In this document: positions 34,594 through 39,728 of the stretch, in pieces
Layout of the letters: the number at the start of each line of letters is the position of its first letter
Position numbering within the stretch: position 1 is the stretch's first letter
Assembly (NCBI GenBank): GCA_040005235.1
Contig: JBDTZG010000049.1
Span: forward strand, 1 to 39,728
From: Acidobacteriota bacterium
GTDB lineage: Bacteria > Acidobacteriota > Thermoanaerobaculia > Multivoradales > UBA5704
DNA: 39,728 bases
Direction of reading: 5' to 3'
The notes under the pieces: generated by a model
What the model was told of the DNA's origin: nothing
The model's database searches: none
What the model saw: the letters and a program-made list of their open reading frames with translations, nothing else
Position numbers and translations under genes: made by a program

Positions 34594-37500
34594 CGCCAGT
34601 CTCCGTCGAGCTGGAACGCGGCCCAGTAGTAGGGGTGGCGATAGGGGCCGGCGAGCATTTCGCGTTGCGCCGCGGCGAGGGCGGTGTCTTTCGGCTCGCC
34701 CGCCCCCAGATGGGAGTAGAAGCGGCGCATCAGCTCGGCGGTCGAGCGATCGGAAACCGACCAGAGGGACGAGAGCACGGTGCGCGCCCCGGCGTAATGA
34801 AACGCCCGGGTCAGGCCGAGCCGCCCTTCGCCTTCGCTCTCCGTGCCCAGCGCGGTCTCGCAGGCGGAGAGCGTCACCAGGTCGGCCGACAGGCGTAGCC
34901 GCTCGAAGATCTCCCACGCCTGGAGCAGGCCGTCCGCGCCCGAGTCGCCCTGCCGCGTCGCCGAGGGAGCGCCGGCCGGAGCGGGGCTGAGCGCGAGCCC
35001 CGAGTCGAGCGGAAAGCGCGGATCGAGCAGGGCGTGGCCGGCGAAGTGGACGATCCGCCCGCCCGGCGCCTCGGCGAGAAATCGCGTTTCGGTCGCGTCG
35101 GCGCCGAGGAACACGCGCGCCGGGCGGACCAGCGCCGCCACTGCGGCCACCTCAATGCCGCTTCCCGGCAGCGGCGAAAGCCCCGCCCGAAACCGCAGCA
35201 GAGGGTTTGCCTCCCGAATCACATCCCGCGGAGCGGTCTTTCCCGTCGCCCCATACCGAGGATCTCCGAAAGCCACCAAAGCCCCGGCCGGCGCCTTCGC
35301 CGGGCGCATCCGGCGCAGCTCCGCGGCGAGTGTCGCGGAGACCACGTTCGCGAGCGGCCGGCTCTCGGCAAGATAGTGGCCGGAGCGGTCGACCAGGGCG
35401 GCAAACGGCAACGTCGCGAGCGGCCCGTCGGCCGAAATGCGCAGCCGCTCCGCCGCGGCGACCCAAGGGGCGGCCGGGGAGATCAGCAGCTCATAAAGCC
35501 GGGCGCCCGCCTGGCGAATCGCCCGGTCTTCGAGCGTGCCCGGCCCGGCTTGCGGGTGGCCGGAAAGCGCGAGGCTCCGCCAGGCGGCGACCTGGGCGCG
35601 CAGGGAGTCGCGGCCGATCGGCAGCGTCTTGACGACCAGCCCGTCTTGGGGCGCGCCCGCAAACCCTTCCGGCAGCAGGACGAACAGGGTGGTCCGCTGC
35701 TCGTCGACCGCGTAGGCGAGTGCCACCTCGCGCGGATCGAGCGTCCGGCGTGCCTCCGCCGCGACGAGCGGCCGGGGGGCGGAGAGCGCGGCGTAGCGCG
35801 GCGCCGCCCGGCGGATGCGTTCGCGCAGGTTGTCGCGGGCGTCGAGCGTCCGGCTGCGGGCGGTGAGCATCTGCTCGATGCGCGCCCGGTTAGAGTCCGG
35901 TTCGGCGTTTTCGAGCACCGTCTCGAACCCGGCGAGCTCGGCGTCGATCCGGCGTTGCTCTTCGACCAGAGCGGCGGGAATATCGGCGGCCGGGGCGAGA
36001 TCGCGCCCGGCCAGCAGGTCGAGCAGGCTTCGCGCGCGGAAACGCTCCAGAATCAGATATGCGTCGGTCGCCCGGCCCGCATCGACCGCAATCACGATCG
36101 CGTCGCGGTAGAGGCCTGCAAACAGGGCGCGAAAGCGGGCCCGGTCCTGGTCCGCACCGCCGATCCGTGCGACTTGGGCCTCCAGCAGGTCCATCGCTAC
36201 AGCGAAGCGCCGGGCCGCCTCTTCTCGCCGGCCGCGCAGCTTGGCGATCCGGCCGAGCAGGGCCAGCTCTTCGATCTGATACTGGGTCCCCGGGGCGATC
36301 CGGTCTTGAATTTCGAGCGCATGCAGCAGGTGGCGCTCCGCGGTCGCGAGATCGCCCAGCTCGACCTCCGTTTCGCCCGCCCGCTCAAACGTCCAGGACG
36401 CGTCCATCGTCTCCGGCAGGGCGGTCGCCACCACGAGCGCCTCTTCGGTGCGGCGCCGCGCCCCGGCCCGGTCGCCGGCTTTCCGCGCGATCTCGGCGAG
36501 CAGCGTCAAGTCGTACGCCAGGATCGCCGATCCCGGCGCGGCCTTCTTATGCAGTTCGTAGGCGCGGGTCGCATAGCCTTCGGCACGCGCGGCGGCGCCC
36601 GCGCCGAGCGCCACCGAGGCGAGGTTGGTCAAGGCCCTGCCGACGGAAGGGCTGCCGGGTGAGCGTCCCTCGTAAAAAGCGAGCGCCTGCCGGAGCGACG
36701 CCTCGGCGCTCGAATAGTCGCCGCGCTGCATGTAGAGCAGGCCGAGGTTCGAGTGGATCGACGCGACCGCCGGGCCGTCCGGGCCGCGCGCCCGCAAAGC
36801 GGTGAGCGCCGTCTGCAGGAAGTCCTCGCCCCGCTCGAAATCGCCGCGGTAGGTCTCGATCACGCCCAGGTTGATCAACAGGTCTTCGAGCTTCGGCGAG
36901 CGGGGATCGGCGTGGAGGATGACCTCCAAGGACCGGCGCGCGAAACGCTCGGCCTCGTCCAGCCGGCCGCGATGCCGGGCGGCGACGCCGAGATTCATCA
37001 ACAGAATGCCGGTCGTCTTGCCGGTGGGGGTTTTCGCCTGCGCGATCGCCAGCGCCTTCTGGAACTGCGCCCGCGCGGATTCGGTGTCGTCGCGGTCGAG
37101 CGCCACGTTGCCCAAAGCGCGCAGGGTGGCCGCGTACGCCAGGCTGCCGGCCGCCAGCACCGATTGCATGGCGGCGGCCTTTTGAAGCGCCGCGGTCGCC
37201 GGCTCGGCGTCGTTGTTGAGCGCGAGCAGCCGTCCGACCAGCGCGCGGCTCTGCTCGACGGCGGCCGGTCCGACCTCGCCTCCGCCGGAAGGCGCCAGGG
37301 ACAGAGCGGTGCGCAGTTCGAGCGCGGTCTGGGCGTCGGCCCGTCCCCCGGGGACGTCTTCGGCTTCGAGCCGGAATTCCGCCCGGCGAAAGAGGAGGAG
37401 CGCGAGCAGCCGCTGATCGGGAAGTTTTCGCGCGGCTTGCTCGGCGGCGGCAAACGCGGTTTCGGCCTCTTGCACCCGGTGTTCCGCGGCCGGCTGCTCG

Positions 37501-37940
37501 GCCTGTTCGAACAGCTCCCAGGCGCGCGCCGCGGCGGTCGTCGGCCGCTCGGACCGGAGGCGAATCCGCCACTCGTCGGCCGAGAGCGTGAGGGTCTTTC
37601 GTTCGTTCGCACCTCGCTCGACGTCGATCTCCACCGGCCCGCGCACCGCCTGCTCGCACTCAAATTCCGCGACCGGCAGGGCCGCCGTGGGTTCAAGCTC
37701 TGCGGCATCGGGGTTTTCGGGCGGAAACGCCGCGCGCCGCAGGCGGACGATCCGGTCGCCGGGTTGAAGGCCGGCGAGGTCGCCGGTTCCGCCGGGCAGC
37801 ACGGCGGCGACGATCACCGCGCCGTCCGGCGATGGGGCCGGAGCCTGCCGGCACCCGCCGAGTGCTACGGCCGCCGCCGCAAGCACGGCGAGCCGGGGCA
37901 CGGTGACGAAAAGCAGACTCGAACGACGCGGCGGGTTCAT
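34590..37940 (-). CDS. Lipoprotein PDZ-TPR-CHAT (caspase-like) protease, paralog 1
   Basis: Lipobox ALGGC; AGLQPGDRI; TPRs; HFAGHA and LSACET catalytic motifs; HPYYWAAF. Start 37940 preferred. Confidence 0.9.
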   Translation of the reverse strand: MNPPRRSSLLFVTVPRLAVLAAAAVALGGCRQAPAPSPDGAVIVAAVLPGGTGDLAGLQPGDRIVRLRRAAFPPENPDAAELEPTAALPVAEFECEQAVRGPVEIDVERGANERKTLTLSADEWRIRLRSERPTTAAARAWELFEQAEQPAAEHRVQEAETAFAAAEQAARKLPDQRLLALLLFRRAEFRLEAEDVPGGRADAQTALELRTALSLAPSGGGEVGPAAVEQSRALVGRLLALNNDAEPATAALQKAAAMQSVLAAGSLAYAATLRALGNVALDRDDTESARAQFQKALAIAQAKTPTGKTTGILLMNLGVAARHRGRLDEAERFARRSLEVILHADPRSPKLEDLLINLGVIETYRGDFERGEDFLQTALTALRARGPDGPAVASIHSNLGLLYMQRGDYSSAEASLRQALAFYEGRSPGSPSVGRALTNLASVALGAGAAARAEGYATRAYELHKKAAPGSAILAYDLTLLAEIARKAGDRAGARRRTEEALVVATALPETMDASWTFERAGETEVELGDLATAERHLLHALEIQDRIAPGTQYQIEELALLGRIAKLRGRREEAARRFAVAMDLLEAQVARIGGADQDRARFRALFAGLYRDAIVIAVDAGRATDAYLILERFRARSLLDLLAGRDLAPAADIPAALVEEQRRIDAELAGFETVLENAEPDSNRARIEQMLTARSRTLDARDNLRERIRRAAPRYAALSAPRPLVAAEARRTLDPREVALAYAVDEQRTTLFVLLPEGFAGAPQDGLVVKTLPIGRDSLRAQVAAWRSLALSGHPQAGPGTLEDRAIRQAGARLYELLISPAAPWVAAAERLRISADGPLATLPFAALVDRSGHYLAESRPLANVVSATLAAELRRMRPAKAPAGALVAFGDPRYGATGKTAPRDVIREANPLLRFRAGLSPLPGSGIEVAAVAALVRPARVFLGADATETRFLAEAPGGRIVHFAGHALLDPRFPLDSGLALSPAPAGAPSATRQGDSGADGLLQAWEIFERLRLSADLVTLSACETALGTESEGEGRLGLTRAFHYAGARTVLSSLWSVSDRSTAELMRRFYSHLGAGEPKDTALAAAQREMLAGPYRHPYYWAAFQLDGDWR

Positions 37941-38015
37941 CGCAATCCTCGGGATCGACAGAACTAGACACGGAATCAAGTCTTTAGTGTAGACGGCAAG
38001 CCCCAGGGGGACGCT

Positions 38016-38402
38016 TCAGGGACGGCGGGCGATCGCGCGGGCGACCGCCTGCAACAGCGCATCGCGCGAGTACGGCTTCTGGAGAAATTCGGTGCCGGGC
38101 GCGAGAGCGCCGCAGCCCAGGACCTCCCGCTGCGGGTGACCGGAGACGAACAGGACGCTCAGCTCCGGTTGCCTTCCTCGAAGCTGCTCCGCCAGATCCT
38201 TGCCGCAGAGCCCGGGCATTTCGATGTCGGTGATCAGTAGCCGGGGCGGTTCTTCGGCCGCGAGCGCGAGCGCGGTCTCCGCCGCGCCCGCGACCCGGAT
38301 TTCGTATCCCGCGGCTTCGAGGATCTCGCGCGCCAGCTCGCGCAGCATCTCCTCGTCCTCGACGAGCAACACGGCGGCCGTGACACCCGGCTTGTGGGTC
38401 AC
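38016..38402 (-). CDS. Stand-alone response regulator receiver domain
   Basis: VLLVEDE, LLITDIEMPG, FVSGH, FLQKPY; GTG start overlaps the amidohydrolase stop. Confidence 0.88.
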   Translation of the reverse strand: MTHKPGVTAAVLLVEDEEMLRELAREILEAAGYEIRVAGAAETALALAAEEPPRLLITDIEMPGLCGKDLAEQLRGRQPELSVLFVSGHPQREVLGCGALAPGTEFLQKPYSRDALLQAVARAIARRP

Positions 38403-39721
38403 GGCCGGCTTGGCGACGCCGGCCCGCCCGGAAGGGTCCGGTATCGATCGCGCAGCTCGAGCTGCCGGCTGCGCATTGGGATCTGTTCGCCCTTGAGGAT
38501 CACCCGCTCGGGAAACGACGTGACCTCCAGCGGATCGCCGTCCCAGATCACCAGGTTCGCCTCTTTGCCCGGTTCGAGCGAGCCGAGCCGGTCGGCGACG
38601 CCCCAGATTTTTGCCGGCTCGATCGTCATGGCCGCGAGCGCGTCGTTCCAAGGCAGGCCGTTGGCGACCGCGTTGCCCGCAGCTTGGCGCAGGTTGCGGG
38701 CGTTGTGCGCGTCGAACGTCGCAAAAGCGATCCGTACGCCGGCCGCTTTCATTCGCGCGGCGTTTTCGAGCGTCGCGCCGAGCGACTCGAAGGTCCCCGG
38801 CAGGTCGTCGAGCGGGTTGAGCAAGACGGGAACGCCCGCCGCCGCTATCTCTTTGGCCACCTCCCACCCCTCGTCGGCGCCCGCGAGGATCAATTGCACC
38901 TTCTCCTCTTTGGCGAAGCGCAGCGCGGCGAGCAGGTCGCTCGCGAGGTGCGCCTGGACGATCAACGGCTCCTCACCGCGTGCCACGGGCAAGAGCGCTT
39001 CGAGGTCGAGCCGGGAGAGCGCATAGGACCGGCGCGCGCCTTTTTCCCAATCGCCCTGGTGGTCGGCCCAATCGCGCGCGTCGGCCAACGCCTCGCGCAG
39101 CAGCAGGATCGCGCCCGCCCGCGAGCCGCCCGCCTTCTCGGCTCCCGTCTCGCCGAGCACCGCGAACATCGCGGCAGGGGTTCGAAGCACGAGATCGACG
39201 CCGGAAAGCTGGATCACCGCCGCCTGGCCGGCGATCAAGCTCTTGCCGATCTCCGGCGCCACGAGCGCGTGGGTGAGCCCTTCGATCCGGTTGATCGCGA
39301 TCAGGCTCGACGCCGGGTTGAGCGCGTCGGCGACGGAGAGCGCCGCGGTGATCCGATCGTTGTCGCTCCCCGCATCGGCGGTGGCGTCCACCTGGTTTAC
39401 CTCGACCAGGCCGATCCGCGACAGCGAATCGAACAGCCCCGGCGTAATCACCTTGCCGGTGGCGTCGATCCGGATCGCTCCGGCCGGGATGGCGATAGTG
39501 GCTCCAGGGGTGCCGACCGCGCGGATCGTGCCGTCCTGGATCAGGATCGCGCCGTTCTTGATCTCGCCCAGGGGACCCATCGTGTGGATCGTCGCCCCGA
39601 CGATCACGACCGGCGGCGCGGCGAACGCGATGCAACCCAGGAAGAAGGCGAACGCCGCCAGGAGGGCGGGCGTCAATCTGGACGGGACGTAGGGGCGGAG
39701 CTTGCCTCCGCCCGAGATCAT
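38399..39721 (-). CDS. Secreted amidohydrolase-superfamily protein
   Basis: IVGATIHT..IDATGKVITPGLFD..TIEPAKIWGVADRLGSLEPGKEANLVIWDGDPL; signal peptide. ATGA at the start suggests coupling to an upstream gene outside the window. Confidence 0.85.
   Translation of the reverse strand: MISGGGKLRPYVPSRLTPALLAAFAFFLGCIAFAAPPVVIVGATIHTMGPLGEIKNGAILIQDGTIRAVGTPGATIAIPAGAIRIDATGKVITPGLFDSLSRIGLVEVNQVDATADAGSDNDRITAALSVADALNPASSLIAINRIEGLTHALVAPEIGKSLIAGQAAVIQLSGVDLVLRTPAAMFAVLGETGAEKAGGSRAGAILLLREALADARDWADHQGDWEKGARRSYALSRLDLEALLPVARGEEPLIVQAHLASDLLAALRFAKEEKVQLILAGADEGWEVAKEIAAAGVPVLLNPLDDLPGTFESLGATLENAARMKAAGVRIAFATFDAHNARNLRQAAGNAVANGLPWNDALAAMTIEPAKIWGVADRLGSLEPGKEANLVIWDGDPLEVTSFPERVILKGEQIPMRSRQLELRDRYRTLPGGPASPSRP
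39689..39713 (+). repeat. GTAG-type REP-like palindrome within the 5' end of the amidohydrolase ORF
   Basis: gtag-gggcggag-cttgc-ctccgccc. Confidence 0.55.
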
Positions 39722-39728
39722 CGCCGGC

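Overview
GC-rich bacterial DNA; the gene content suggests Acidobacteriota, possibly Thermoanaerobaculia-like (inference). Housekeeping genes: a PilT/PilU-family ATPase, a class II tRNA nucleotidyltransferase, gatC-gatA, an Amidase_3 protein, yceD-rpmF-plsX-fabD-fabG-acpP-fabF, an S9 peptidase, a DUF4097-like protein, ETF-quinone oxidoreductase, a cold-shock protein, a receiver protein and an amidohydrolase. Five accessory modules stand out. (1) Left edge, minus strand: a 99-aa membrane-anchored ORF lies upstream of an NB-ARC/TPR (bacterial NLR-like) reading frame that has no canonical start. The junction carries a complete -1 ribosomal frameshift signal (internal GGAG, 11 nt, C_CCA_AAA, 6 nt, GC-rich hairpin) with amyloid-signalling-like segments on both sides. 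(2) A three-gene RiPP cluster: a CxxC precursor (GCAPCLSG), a DUF692/MNIO iron enzyme and a partner protein. (3) An orphan six-Cys lanthipeptide-like precursor. (4) An Amidase_2 / alpha-beta hydrolase / metacaspase fusion paired with a cytoplasmic gluzincin. (5) Two tandem lipoprotein PDZ-TPR-CHAT proteases beside an ECF sigma / anti-sigma pair. Several REP-like palindromes are present. No rRNA, tRNA, CRISPR array or transposase was recognised. All calls come from reading motifs by eye; no database searches were run.
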